A stretch of DNA of 64,000 bases from Octopus vulgaris (GCA_951406725.2 OX597814.1:79360001-79424000), one strand, 5' to 3'. Counted from the first letter of the stretch, positions 1 to 15,563 are shown. The notes: a model not told the origin generated them from the letters alone. Numbers and translations are program-made.

Positions 1-77
1 TGTGGTAGAAAATTGAATTTGACCCATTTGGTCAATGGCTTCAGTTTTATTAACCGGAAGCATAGCAAACGTAACTG

Positions 78-244
78 CAGGCGTAGGCATAGCAATGTCG
101 TTAAGAAACTTGCTATGCAAGCACATGGTTTCGGGTTCAGTCCCACTGTGCGGCGCCTCAGACTAGTATCTTTTATTATAGTCCAGAGACGACTAATACC
201 TAATGAGTGAATTTGGTAGACGGAAACTGCGAAGAAGCTTTTCG

Positions 245-250
<6 letters not shown>
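78..250 (+). mobile_element. Degenerate 5' half of tRNA-derived SINE family A
   Basis: Matches the intact copy at 19599 (cacatggtttcgggttcagtcccactg ... gagtgaatttggtagacggaaactg), then runs into (TA)n/(TG)n. Confidence 0.8.
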
Positions 251-324
<74 letters not shown>

Positions 325-507
325 GGAGTGTGTGTATTTATGCATATGTTATCAAAAATATTTTATATCTTTGTTTTTCTCACAGGCGGTGCCAAACTGA
401 CGCTCTGTAGTCGGCAAAAGGAAAAATACAAAGAATGCGCATGCGCAAAATACAAAATATGAAATGGCGACAATTTACCCGTCGTATCCTGTGGTACGCA
501 GCTATTG

Positions 508-588
<81 letters not shown>

Positions 589-721
589 GCAATATCTGCA
601 TTTCCATTTGTAAGGAGCTGCGGTCCTGGGTCAAGTCCAAGTCTGAGCATCTGGTACCCATAATGTCGTAAGATGCTTACCCACCAGTTGTGCAATGAAC
701 TTGTTGAAAGCTCCCCGTTAG

Positions 722-807
<86 letters not shown>

Positions 808-849
808 TACAGTTCTATATTTAAGAGATGAGGAATTATATACATTATT

Positions 850-1976
850 TACATTTGGCGGATACTTGTCCTCACCTTGCTTGCTGTTAAGACACCGCAT
901 TTTTAGACTAAATCTGTCATCTTCGTGACATCTGCATTTTAGTCCTTTTTGCACAACATGGTTGTACACATTTTGTCCTAAATGAAACAAGCAACATATC
1001 AAATTCGACCCAGGAAACGGTTCCAGAAATCCGTTATGTACTGCTTTTTCGAAATCCATAATTATATTATCAGATCCCTCATTCTGGCAAAAAGTCCACT
1101 ATATATGTCTTGAGTTTTGTCAGAGAGCAAAGCGAACAATCAATTTGAATGTGAAGTATATATATAACTGAAAAAATATACTTGAGCAGCACTTGTTCCA
1201 TCTGCTGCCCAGTTCTTGTGCTGTTTTAACTGTCGAAGTGCTTCGTCACTTGCAAATATTCGTATTTGTTTTGAATCTTCTTCCTCGCTGTCATACTGTA
1301 AAAACGTTTCATCATTGTCAAGGGCGGAGTATTCACTTGGAATGGAAAAACCCGACATTTTTATAAGTAGGGTGGCAGGATCGTTGAAATCAGCTTGCCT
1401 CCAACGTCTAATATTCCTATAAAGCTGTACAAACGGAGGTATTTGCGACGATGTACACTCATTTAAATTCTAAACTTCACCAGCGATAATTGAGCAAAGG
1501 GCATCACGAGATGAAATAAACTTTACTTTAATATTTGAAACTATCATCCTTGCATTATGGATCCCAATCTTATGGATTATGGGTCCCAATCTCTTTATAA
1601 TTTTCATCTGTATGAAGTCTCACCTTGCACACACGATTTTCGCACCGTCAATCCATCTGCATTCTACTTATTTTTTGTGTGCATGTAATTTTTTTGAACG
1701 ATCGCTTTGATTTTTCCTTTCTCTGAAGTTATGATCTTGTAGGTAATCATGTTGATGGGTATTAAAGAAAGGAAAAAAAATATCTAAAACTGTCTAACGA
1801 CAATTTTAATCCTAAAGTGATTGATCTAAACTTTCCCTCGAAATTCACATTTAAGAGTATTTTGGGACGAATTCACCAGCGACGAATTGACCTGGGAATG
1901 AATTGATCAACGATGAAATGACCGGGGGCAAATTAACCGACGACGAAATAACCGGGAACGAAATGTCCTAGCACCG
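850..1976 (-). mobile_element. Degenerate Mutator-like (MULE) DNA transposon with FLYWCH-type N-terminus and one end carrying ~15-bp subterminal repeats
   Basis: Minus-strand frames give MULE motifs: IRIFAS...WAADGT (1140-1358) and DFEKAVHNGFLEPFPGSNLICCLFHLGQ (718-1059). An ATG at 1750 is followed by C..RVCKVRLHT...GTHN (FLYWCH-like). Tandem gacgaattgacc-like units at 1866-1970 end at cctagcaccg. Frameshifted. Confidence 0.85.
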
Positions 1977-2027
1977 TTTTAGGGGTACGGGTCCAACTTC
2001 CGTAGCCACCTGCTGGCAACTTTTTAA

Positions 2028-2250
2028 GGCGGCGAGCTGGCAGAATCGTTAGCACGCCCGGCGAAATGTACAGTGGTATTTTGTTTGTCTTCACGTTCTG
2101 GGGTCAAATTCCGACGAGGTCGACTTTGCCTTTCATCCTTTCGGGGTCGATAAATTAAATACCAGTGAAACACTGAGGTCGATGCAATCGACTAGTCTCC
2201 TCCCCACAAAATTTCAGGCCTTGTGGCTTTGGGAGAAAGGATTATTAGTA
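2028..2250 (+). mobile_element. tRNA-derived SINE family B (Meta/MESC-like core), near full length
   Basis: Head ggcggcgagctggcagaatcgttagc; core gaggtcgactttgcctttcatcctttcggggtcgataaattaa; tail aaaggattatta. About 20 related copies in the window. Confidence 0.85.
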
Positions 2251-3217
2251 TTCTCGCATTTAGTAACATTCCTTTATATTCTGAGATAAAAATCTATGTG
2301 AGATCAGCTTTGTCTTCAATTAATATGCTACTCTCATCCTATATAAACTGAGAAGCAGTTTAAATATTGAGTTCAAGATAATCGACTAGACCCACTCGCT
2401 ACCAAACATATGTGACTGTGCTTATGTTACAAATTATAGAAACAGTAGACGCAGTGTCACCACCACCGCCATCACCACCAACACCACCACCACTACCACC
2501 ACCACCACCACCACCACCACAACCACCACCACCACAACCATTGCCGCCGCCGTCATCATAGTCGTCGTCATTGTCGCCATCGTCACTGACACCATCATCC
2601 TAATACCGCAGCAATAGGAACGGTGATAGAATTGCATTTGGTAATAGTGTTAGTGATTGCTTTTGTTGATGATGTGAAGAAGAAGGAGGAGGAGGAGAAG
2701 GAGAAAGGAAGAATAAGAAAGAAGAGGAGGAGAAGAAGAAGAACAACAACAAGAAGAACCAGTAGTAGCATCGGTGGCGGTGGCATCATCTATGACAAAG
2801 ACTTGCGCAAGTTTACTCATTAATCTTCAGTGATTCTACTGCATCTGTTCAAGTGGACACACACACCGAGGCATACAACAAAACGCGCACATGCATTTAT
2901 ATATATATATATATCACTCATCTCTCTCTTTGTGTGTGTGTCTATACATGTATATATAGACACACGCACATACACACAGATATATTCACACACATTCATA
3001 CATACACATATGTATACGCGCATATTATAATTCTCTCACTTTCTCTTTCTTGATACATATATACATATATACATACATACATGCATGCATACATGTATAC
3101 CGATATGCATGTGTATATATAATATATATTATATATGTATGATATATAGATAAACATACATATATATACATATATATATATGTGTGTGTGTGTATATATA
3201 CGTGCATGCATACACAA

Positions 3218-3262
<45 letters not shown>

Positions 3263-3272
3263 CATATATACA

Positions 3273-3329
<57 letters not shown>

Positions 3330-3591
3330 GCAGGCATGCATTCATACATACATACATACATACATACATACATGCTTCGGACCAGTAGCGTACATAACCA
3401 TCTCAACGGCATAGCAGCACCTGATTAAAACCGATCTCCTCTTGACTATAAAACATACAAGACAAAACAATACCTAATACATTGCCAACCTATGCAATCT
3501 GCCTAAAAGTATCCTAGCAACACATATTGACCATATAACTAATATTTCGTATTTCCACCATTGCTTTCTATGTATAGAAATACGTGCGTAA

Positions 3592-3627
<36 letters not shown>

Positions 3628-4016
3628 TGTATGTATGTATGTATGTATGTATGTATGTATGTATGTATGTATGTATGTATGTATGTATGTGTGTGTGTGT
3701 GTATGTACGTATTTGGTTATGTATGTATGAGTGTATACACATAAATGTATATATAATATAATATAATATAATATATATATATACATATTTATGCACATAT
3801 TCATATGTGTATAGACATAAAGTAATACACAGACAGACACACGAATATGTATATATGTAGCATATAAGCATTTTTGTATACATATATTTATAGGTATGTG
3901 AATATTATAGATATACATGCATGTATACACATGCATACAGACATATATATATATATATATATATATATAAACATTCATGTATACGCATATACGTATAAAC
4001 ATACATACATGCATGC

Positions 4017-4047
<31 letters not shown>

Positions 4048-4398
4048 TGTGTGTGTGTGTATGTGTGAGTGTATGCATACACATATATGTTTGTACATAT
4101 TTTTGTATGAATGTGTGTATTCTAGCTGTCAAATGCAGATCGATCCGACAGAACATTAGCTGTTTTTCGTATAACTAACACTTCCCCGTCACCAGCAGCT
4201 ATCGTCGCAAGAATGAAACTTATATAAACTAGTAGCAAGGCAAATACCAGCATCACCAAACAATATTTCACAGCTTGGTGAAGTAAGTTGAATAATTTGT
4301 TACTTCACTTGATCACATGATAGTCGGGCTGTTTCTGCATTTGCATGAGGGGAAAGAGAATGAAAATATTTACTTACCGGCATAATACTTCTGTATCT

Positions 4399-4928
<530 letters not shown>

Positions 4929-5209
4929 AATAATTTTCACTGATTGGATTTACAGGATTTCAACTACATGGGGCACTACGTTACATTCCTACGTATAGGT
5001 TTACTATGTGGTTTGTACCCTAGTCCACTAAAGGTGGTTTCATTTTTTTGTGATTACCACCAGATTATACAAATCGATATATTGCGCATTGAATATATAA
5101 ACAACACACATATATACACATATATACTAACACATATATGGGCACATATGTAATTCATATGTACATACTGTGTTACAGATATTTTTCTGTCATATGTATA
5201 TATATATAT

Positions 5210-5292
<83 letters not shown>

Positions 5293-5294
5293 CA

Positions 5295-5634
5295 CAACTT
5301 CACATGTGCTTCGGAAAATCTAATAATTGTATTAACTTGCTCAGAATGTCGAGAGAAATACATAGGCCAAACCAAGAGCAATCTACGTCAAAGGATGACT
5401 CTACATAGATCCCAGATCAAAATTCAGGAAGAAAGAAAAGTAGCATTCAGCGAACACATCGACATTTGCGCCACTAACGAGCAACACAACTTCAGAAATT
5501 TTCCTCTCTATAAATTCAGGAACGATGCAACCTATAATCAGCGCATTAGCAAAGAGTCATATTTTATCACAAAATATAAACTCGTTTTGAGTGCATCCAC
5601 CACAAATGACAGTTCTACAAGGGCCTCAGAATAA
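5295..5634 (+). mobile_element. Penelope-like element 3' fragment encoding a GIY-YIG endonuclease
   Basis: [41 protein letters not shown]...FSEH...KESYFI shows the CxxC, YIG, Arg, His and Glu pattern of PLE GIY-YIG domains. The ORF N-terminus is only (TA)n. Confidence 0.85.
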
Positions 5635-6044
5635 TACCCATGCAAGTATTAAAAACGATACATTTAGAACAGTCACTACCCATTAATTTATTCAAAACAA
5701 TTCCAATCACTACTATTACAACCGCAAGTCACTTTTATGTCACTTGACCATTTAAGAGGATTCCATCAACATCCTACTACTGTCATATCACTCCCGTATT
5801 TTTCTTATTCTTTCTCTTCTTTTCCTCCTCGTCCCCTTCTTCCTTTGTCTCTTCTTTCTCCCCTTTCTCCTCCTCCTCCTCTTCTTCTTCTCCCCTTCTT
5901 CTCCTCTCCTGCTCCTGCTCCTCCTCCTCCTTCTTCCTCAGCTACTGCTGCTTAAACAATCAAAACCAAGAACTCACATCCCTCATCTCAAATATTATTT
6001 TAGGATTGCTATTACCTACTACCTACTACCAAGCCTTCACAAGA

Positions 6045-6094
<50 letters not shown>

Positions 6095-6782
6095 AAAATG
6101 TCCTTTGTATTCGAAAACTATGAAAATATTTGAAAAAACATTTCATTTAATTTTTCCACAATTTAATTGTTTTTCATGCTATGCTCTAAGTTGAAAAAGT
6201 CGCAAAGACTGGAATCGGCACTAAAATGTTCGTCGTGTTAAAATTATTCTAGCATTTTCTACCTTGTCTTATTTTCCAAATACATATCAACTCGTGTATT
6301 CCTTTTCAACCTTCTACACCCCCCACACATACATGTATACTTTTATTCTCTCTCCTTTTTTATTCTGTTTATTTCATCGTGTTCCTTTCTATTGAAGAGC
6401 GTAGGCTCGAAACGTGAAATACTTTCTCACCTTCCCGAGCGTCAAACTAATTCACCTTGTTGTTTATACACCTGTCTCCGTCTTTTGTATCTAATTGTAT
6501 GTATATGCCCATATACTTGGATGTGCGTGTGTGAGCGCATATGTATATGTGTGTATATATATATGTATCTGTGTATGTATATATGCGTCTAAGCACGGAC
6601 ACAAAAAACGAAAACTTTTATTAAACGAAACATTTTAAAAGTGTAATGGGTGCTTTTTATGCGGCACAAGCAAAGAGATATCAACAACTTGCTAAAGAAT
6701 CCCCCTCAAATGAACTGGAAATGACAGATAGATTGAAATAGGCGTCTTGCAGTAAAGGTGATACATGGCAACTCCAACTGAA

Positions 6783-6857
<75 letters not shown>

Positions 6858-6899
6858 AAAAATGGAGAGAGAGAACAAGAAAGAAGGAAAGAGAGGTGT

Positions 6900-7129
6900 A
6901 ATAATCCTTTCTGCTAAAGGCACGTGGCCTGAAATTTTGGGGGAGGGGACTAGTCGATTACATCGACTCCAGTGTTTGACTGGTACTTAATTTATCGACC
7001 CCGACAAGATGAAAGGCAAAGTCTACCTTGGCGGCGTTTGGATTCAGAACGTAAGGACGGATTAAATGCTGTTAAGCATTTCGCCCGGCGTGCTAACGAT
7101 CCTGCCTGCTCGCCGCCTTAAAGCGAGGC

Positions 7130-7164
<35 letters not shown>

Positions 7165-7366
7165 GATAATAATAATCCTTCCAATTTAAGGCACAAGGCC
7201 TTAAATTTGGTGGGAGTTTGAACTCAGAACGTAACGACGAGCGAAATACCGCTAATCATTTCGTCCAGCGTACTAACGATTCTGCCAGCATACATACATA
7301 ATAATAATAATGATAATAATAATAATAATATTAGTGAAGTGAAAACACGTTATAAAAATAAAACTA

Positions 7367-7414
<48 letters not shown>

Positions 7415-7615
7415 CCTATCTACTAAAAGCACAAAGGCTGAAATTTTGGGGTAAGGCACTAGTCGATTACATCGACCCCAGTGTTTCATTTATCGACCCT
7501 GAAAGGATAAAAGGCAAAGTCGACCTCGGCAGAATTTGAACTCAAAATGTAAAGACGGACGAAATGCCGCGAAACATTTTGCCCGGCGTGTTAACGACTG
7601 CGCCAGCTCGCCGCA
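6900..7615 (-). mobile_element. Cluster of three SINE family B copies separated by (TAA)n arrays
   Basis: Reverse complements of the 2028 element at ~6900-7120, ~7175-7290 (internally deleted) and ~7412-7615. Confidence 0.85.
7332..7370 (+). mobile_element. ~40-bp extreme 3' end of Dong-like LINE family 1 within (TAA)n
   Basis: tagtgaagtgaaaacacgttataaaaataaaactactga is nearly identical to 17214-17252. Confidence 0.85.
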
Positions 7616-7993
7616 GGTAGAGAACGTAACAGACTGGATCAGTGTTGGCTCAAGCTGAATACGCAACTTTTCATCTGACGTAAACGGTAGAGTCGATTTT
7701 GGTAAGATTTGAAATTAGATGATAATAACCTATAAACTTCTTGAAGAAGAATTACAAGACAACAACGATTAAACTTTGTGAATTCTGCTGAAATACTCCT
7801 TCGTCAATCTCTTTAAATTTTCATCATTATAAGCGGAAATGCTGGATTACGATTCACAATGGTCATTGGAGACAAAGAATACACACACACTCACACACTC
7901 ATATAGATTGATAGATACATGTGTGTATATAAATATATATATGTATGTGTACATGTATTTATGTATACATATATATGTATGCAAACATGTATG

Positions 7994-8038
<45 letters not shown>

Positions 8039-8829
8039 ATGTATGTGCGTGTGTGTGATGTGTGTGTGTGTGTATATGTATGTATGTATGCACGTCATTT
8101 ATATCAGAGTCTATTGTCTAGCTTATCCTCTTCGCTCATTCCAATTACAAATATTTATTCTGACCGAATTCCATTCTCATGTCCTCCGAAGTATACGTTT
8201 AATTGTCTTTCATCGAAATGAATTTTATTGAAGCAAAGCTTTAGGCTGTTCAGCTAAACGCCATAACAAAGTCAAGTGTGCAGCTCTAATTGTTGGCTTG
8301 GAAATTTATTATTCCCCTTTCTGTAGATCTTCATTCAAGGGAAGGGTAGGTTTGTTTGGCGCTGTATCCTCCCAATTTTAATCGACCACAGCCTTCCCAG
8401 TTTGTTGTTGAATGGTAACAGCCGTACAATATGTCAACACATTGAACATCCATAAATTAAGTGCTTCCACTTGTGATAAGTTTTCTTCAGCTGCATAATT
8501 TATCACTGAGACTACATAGGTTCGTTTCTTTACTGACTCTAGTAAATACGATGTACGTTTTGCAGACTGGGTTTTAAGGTGTTTGTATTTATTGTAGTTT
8601 CAACCATCAGTGAGTAAACCTCTTATCAACAGGTTCATTCTTTACCATATCGGTATTATGTTTTCCGGATAAAAGACGATAGGGTACGATTTCAGGAAAA
8701 TATGGTCTACTATTTGTAGCCTGTTGAAGAAATACATAGAGGCAGCGTCTTTCATTCGTTACGGCAAAGGCATTAATTCTTCTCTCTAGTATCCATTAAG
8801 TTGTAAACAGAAGACACCCGAGACTTTGG

Positions 8830-8874
<45 letters not shown>

Positions 8875-8953
8875 ACGCGTTTGTATGTATGTATGTATGT
8901 CATTATTCAGTCTATTTCATACATACATACATGTATATATACATACATACATG

Positions 8954-8990
<37 letters not shown>

Positions 8991-9069
8991 AAGGGAGACG
9001 TGTAGTGGCGGAGGAGAGTGCATGCCTATAAGGGATATTTTATCCGAACGAATACCGCAGTAAGTTTGC

Positions 9070-9480
9070 TTGTCACAATGCATTTAGATTAAGTGTGAAA
9101 CATATATGACTATCTTGATCTAAAATTGCTTTTGTTGCATACAACGGATTTTTATTCAGCCGAGCAGCTAGTCGCAACACCGGTGATTGGTTATTCAATG
9201 TTTTCCTAGACATTGCTGGTAAAAAAAATTGTCTATGTATTCTGGTTTGAGTATACACTAAGCTACTCCGTATAGGAATATGTCTTGCAGAAGGATTCGA
9301 TTGTAGTATACTCACTACCTTAGATGCGCAAGACTTTCAAGTACTGACCTACGACATCTAAGAGAAATCAATAATTCATTATATTGTGATGGAGAGTCTT
9401 CAATGTAAATCCAAATAACTTGGTAAATTCCAAATATCTTATGCCGTTTTCATTCGTAGGTGCTTCGATCTCATAATGTA
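9070..9480 (-). mobile_element. Possible old LINE (Jockey/CR1-group) ORF2 C-terminal remnant
   Basis: FFLPAMSRKTLNNQSPVLRLAARLN weakly resembles LINE C-termini. Highly degenerate. Confidence 0.3.
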
Positions 9481-9529
9481 TTTTATTAGTATTGGTTGAT
9501 ACACACACAAACGCACACACGCACGCACG

Positions 9530-9601
<72 letters not shown>

Positions 9602-9711
9602 CACACAAACGTGTATGTATGTATGTATTCCTTACAGGGCGTCGGATTACGACTCTTTTATTAGGATTTAAACAGCATCAAATTGGTAGTCATATAAAGG
9701 CACAAGTTTGA

Positions 9712-9930
9712 CGGCAAGTTGACGAAATCGTCAAATCGCCAACAAAAAGGCATAACATGATGTCTTTCGGCTCTTTAAGTTCTGAATTCAAATGCCACCG
9801 AGGTCAACTTTGCCTTTAATTCTTTCAGGGTCGATAAAATAAGTACCAGTTGAGCACTGGGGTCGATGCAATCGAGTTACCCACTTACCCTTATATTGCT
9901 GGTTACCTCTCATAAAATTTGAAACCACAT
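9712..9930 (+). mobile_element. Degenerate SINE family B copy
   Basis: gaggtcaactttgcctttaattctttcagggtcgataaaataagtaccag core. Confidence 0.8.
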
Positions 9931-10361
9931 TTGTAAGTATCTCTTCTGTTTTTAACTACTTAAATTCTTCCTTCGAAGAAGGAGCTGGTTTCTAACAAGG
10001 ACACAAAGTCCCATCGCTGGAATGTAGATAACGAAAACAATGTCACATTTTAAATCTAAGAAAAGTCTTGTACAATTTTACTGTTCCACTTACGGATTGT
10101 ATTTGTAATGTAAAAGTCGATTCATTTCTTTTTCTGAAAATCAAAACTTATCCAGATTGACCGTTAGACATTTATATGCATATATGTACGCACGTATGTA
10201 TGTATATGCATGTTGGAAGTATGTACGGATGTTGAAGCTATGTATGCATGTGCATGTAAATGCATACATGCACGCATTTCATTACGTATCTGAACCTGGA
10301 TAACGAATATACAAACATATATGTTTGTGTGACCATACTTGGGGAATGTCTTAGATATTTT

Positions 10362-10504
10362 CACAGGAGTGGCTGTGTGGTAAGTAGCCTGCTTACCAAC
10401 CACACAGTTCCGGGAAAGTGTCTTCTACTATAGCCTCGGGCCGACCAAACCTTGTGAGTGGATTTGGTAGACGGAAACTGAAAGATGCCTGTCGTATATA
10501 TAGT

Positions 10505-10548
<44 letters not shown>

Positions 10549-10760
10549 TGTGTGTGTGTTTGTCCCCCCAACATCGCTTGACAACCGATGCTGGTATGTT
10601 TACGTCCCCGTTACTTAGCGGTTCAGCAAAAGAGACCGATAGAATAAGTACTAGGCTTACAAAGAATAAAACCTGGGGTCGATTTGCTCGACTAAAAGGC
10701 AGTGCTCCAGCATGGCCGCAGTCAAATGACTGAAACAAGTAAAACAGAGTAAAAGAGAGT
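10362..10760 (+). mobile_element. SINE family A copy with small internal deletion
   Basis: Colinear with 19599-20015; internal (TG)n. Confidence 0.9.
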
Positions 10761-10870
10761 TCCATTAATGTCTTGTAATTATAATTTTCTAATTTGTGGT
10801 ACATTTTCTGGTTTTGTGACACTCAGCTATACAAAGGTGATACTTGAACAACTAATTAGAACGTATGAGC

Positions 10871-10901
<31 letters not shown>

Positions 10902-11182
10902 TGTATGTATGTATGTATGTATGTATGTATGTATGTATGTATGTATGTATGTTGTATGTATGTATGTATGTATGTATGTATGTATGTATGTATGTATGTA
11001 TATATATACGTACGTACGTACGTATGTAGATAGGCTAATATGCCTATGTGTATGTGTTAGTGTATGTGATTGTGTGTGTGTGTATGTAAGCATGCATGCA
11101 TGTATGTAAGTATGATGCATGTCTATGTATGTGTTTTTATGCTTGCAAGTATGTATGTATGCAAGCAAGAATGTCTATACGC

Positions 11183-11214
<32 letters not shown>

Positions 11215-11263
11215 TTATACATATGTATATGTATATGTAAATGTATATGTCTGTGCATATCTA

Positions 11264-11379
<116 letters not shown>

Positions 11380-12026
11380 ACTCTCTCTCTCTCTTTCTCT
11401 CTATCTATCTATATACATATACATATATACAAATATATCCGTGCAAATATATGTATAACTACACACACTCACGCGTTTATATGTTTGTATGTGCATGTGT
11501 ATGTATTCGTTATATAACTATAGCCACCACCAGCACGACTCCCAGCCCCAGCATCAACACCGCCACCTCCACCTCCAACAACAACAGCAACAACATCAAA
11601 CTACAACTTCAATTTGTACTAGGCATACTGTAAATTAGTAATCTCTGAACGTCATGCGAAAGACCATAATTCATACGAAACTGCGGCGTTAGAATTTATT
11701 TCATTTATTTAGTTACTTTAATATCCGTCGTAAGTTGTTGTCTTGGTCTTGGCATTTTTATTAAGTTTTTAGATATCTCTTGGTAACCAAGTTCAATAAT
11801 TGCTTGGTTATTAATTATCAAAATATGTTTGTTATGTCTTTCCCTCTACTTAAAGAAAGTTTGGCTAATAAATCTACAACTATTATCGCGTTGTTCAATT
11901 CTGTACTCCTTCTCCTCTCTTCCCAACAAACCAAACGACCAAACGACCAATCACCACGGTTGGGAGACGGCAATAAATATCTCGCAAGTGTCAAACATAA
12001 AATGCCCGGGTATTTGTAGTGTGTGT

Positions 12027-12068
<42 letters not shown>

Positions 12069-12440
12069 GTGTGTTTGTAAGTATATGTGTGTGTTTGTGT
12101 ATGTGTAAGTGTGTTTGTATCTGTGAGTGTTTGTATAAGTGTGTGTGAGCTGTATGTTTGTGTAAGTGTGTGTGTGTGTGTGCTTATGTCTCACTCTCTT
12201 CCAGCTTCATACCCATCCCGCCATTCTTTCTTCTTTATTCTGCATGTCTGTTCAGTGAATATGTGTGTATTTATGTATAAGTGTTTATATGATGTGTGCA
12301 TGTGTGCGAATATCTGTCTGTATATGCACGTGTATGTACATATATGTATATGTATGTATGTATGTATATATGTAATACATATAATAATCCATGTATATAT
12401 GAGTTAGAGAGCGTGTATGTGTGTACGTCTGTATGCGTAT

Positions 12441-12474
<34 letters not shown>

Positions 12475-13792
12475 CTAAGTACGCTTTGTATTTTCGTTTG
12501 TTTAGATTAATAATACAGGCACACCGACGTGTGTGCAATTATATATGTGCGATTACATAGATAAACACACACACGTTCATGCGAATGCATACATAAACAC
12601 ACTGATATTGATCATCAGACACATTCATACACAAGTATCTGCATATACATAAATATATGTAAATATTAGAGACCTACCATCAGAGATTCCAAAGCTCAGT
12701 GATCGTAGCACAGTGGTGACTTTGGTGTTGTGTTTTTCTTTAATGTAGAGAGAGCTGGTGTACTTCGAAACCGTTTACTTATTAACTCGTGATTATTGTG
12801 TCACTGTAATGCTGAAGGAATCCGGTGATAATGGCCCTCATTGAGAGGCATTTTAAACATCCCTGCTCACAGAAAATGTGTTTGTCTTGCGTGAATTAAG
12901 TGTATTAGATGTTACATATGTCTTAATACTTGTTTCTATGTTCAGTTATAATAATAATAATAAAAAAAACGATTTTACATTAATCTAATTGATTACTATA
13001 TACTTTTGTAGAGAGCAAATTTATCATTCTTATACAAGAGTGTTGTTGACAGTGACTTTGAAGTTTGGGCTAGCTAAGCCACCGTCGGACATATTTTTAT
13101 GTATGTATGTATGTATGTATGTATGTATGTATGTATGTATGTATGTATGTGATAGAACATATACTTACAGACTATGTGGAAGAAGGCAGAGCCTGAGTGT
13201 CATGGCGAAAACAGGTTGTAATCCCCAACCATAGCATGTGCAGTTCATTCATCACTGCTGTTATACTTTATTCAATGAGATCATGGTTTTTTTTGTTAAT
13301 GTTCGTGGGGAGCAAAAGAAAAGTAACCCTGATGCGTGTGAATAGTTACGTCCCATTACTTCGTCGCAAAGCTAGCCTATACAAATTCACACATATATGC
13401 ATATGCACGCATATACATATACGCACACAAATGTAAAGTTCGTAATATACTTACAATTTCATATTGCCAACATATACGTACACAGACACGCATAAAGAAA
13501 TACAAATACACCGATATATATATATATCCAGACATATACTGATAACTAGCTTAATATACGTTTACAACTCTATTACATACGCATGCATCACAACACACAC
13601 ACGGACATACACACACACACAAACACATATATATACACATACATACATATGCACACGCATGCACTGAAGCTGACTGTCACACCTACACTCACACATAAAT
13701 ATAATGCATAGCTTGACAAGCCGTACGGGAGAGAAAAACATACAAACATGAGATGAAACGTCTTCCTCTGATGAATGGATATCTAGTCATAC

Positions 13793-13852
<60 letters not shown>

Positions 13853-14964
13853 GTGTGTGTGTGTGTGTGTGTGTGCGTGCGTGTATGTGTACTTTACACC
13901 CTCCCACTCTCAGTGTTATAAATAACAAAATATCTAAATAGAAATACATCCATATACGCACACACATACACGCATACATAATACTGATATTCAAACACAG
14001 ACACATAGTTAAATATACACATCTTTACATCTACACACGCAATTACCCTTACCTATACGTAATCCACACATACGCATGAACGTATACACATATAGGAATT
14101 CATATATATCCATTTATACATATACATACAATCATATGTATGTATACGTGTGTATGTGTATACATGTACAAGTACGCATCTCGGGCAACAGCAATAAAAC
14201 GTTTCAAGTTCTGTTCCTGTATAATGGCGCCATGCAGTGAATAACTGACATGGCATGGTTTTTGCTTTCCAAGCATAAATGAACTAAAAGTCATTGAAAG
14301 AAATCAACCGCTAGTAGAGTTCGATCTATGGAGACAATATTCCGCGACATATATGATTTTCCGTTCATTAATTTCCGTCCATAAACGATTCTATTCTTGT
14401 CCAGTTTAGACAAACTGCTATTTAGAAAAATGACATTTGCATACAATATAGTGTTATCCAAACATTTTATGACATTGTGTCCTTAATGTTTAAGATGGGG
14501 GGAAGGGAGTGGAAATAGAAGCATGTCTTATAGGTATAATACAGTTAAGTAAAGACATGTATAAATGTCCGAATTTTTAAGTCACTAAGATCGAATTTGG
14601 GTGTCTATTAAATCGAAATACATGGAAGTCAAACAGATAATCTCAAGAATTGCCTACATATATATAATAACGATAATGATGATGATGATGATGATGGTGC
14701 TGATAAAGATGATGATGATGATGATAACGACGACGACGATGATAATGACGACGACGATGATGATGATGATTACGACGGCCGTTTCTTCGTATCTGGAGAT
14801 CAGTATAGAAGAGCGATGCGCCTTCAAACCGTTCCTTAAACTGCAGTGAATGTTCTTCCTCCCTGTGCTTACGTAGTAGATTCTGGTAGCGAGAGTCAGT
14901 CTGCACAATCCGATCCCACTCGTCAGACCTGGCAGTCTAACTCAAAGGGCTCATGGAGCTTTGG

Positions 14965-15140
14965 GCATGACTTTAAACTGCATCTGATAGTGGGGGATTT
15001 CGTTCAGGAGTTCTAGAATTGTGAGAGTGTATGGAACAACGTCTTAGTCACTGTAGTTCCGATGCCTACTCTAAGCCGGAGTTGTAGCGCCCATCACAGA
15101 GTCCCAGTTATTGGTTAATAAGCATTCAGTATAACTGTAT
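14965..15140 (+). repeat. Interspersed repeat family C; related copy at ~25345-25500
   Basis: aaactgcatctgatagtggggg...gagttctag...tactctaagccggagttgtag resembles ctgcatatccggtagtggggc...gagttctgaggagtgtg...tactctgactcagaacagtag. Confidence 0.5.
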
Positions 15141-15452
15141 TGTTCCCGAAACAATACGCACGACCCGTTCGATAGAAACATCATCTACTTCGTAGCCATT
15201 CCACCGATTTTTAATTGGAAGCTACTTTGTACTATGTGTTCCGATTTTTTAGATTCTGATTTCAAATCCCACCGAGGTCAAATTTGTCTTCCATCCTTTC
15301 GGGGGTCGATAACATTAGTACTAGTCAAATCCTAGGGTCGATGGCAGCAATTAATCCGCTCCTCACAAAATTACAGGCCTTGTGCCAAAATTTTATATGC
15401 TTAATTTTCTTTTTGGCAGTATCATGCGAGTTTCTACATCAATCCATTGTCC

Positions 15453-15453
<1 letters not shown>

Positions 15454-15493
<40 letters not shown>

Positions 15494-15507
15494 TGATGAT
15501 GATGATG

Positions 15508-15563
<56 letters not shown>

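Noticed and set aside
1866-1976. CRISPR-like or iteron array
   Set aside because: No unique spacers and no cas or rep genes; the context is a eukaryotic transposon end.
8240-8520. Unique-looking segment as a candidate exon
   Set aside because: Only short open frames, with no recognisable domain or convincing splice pair.
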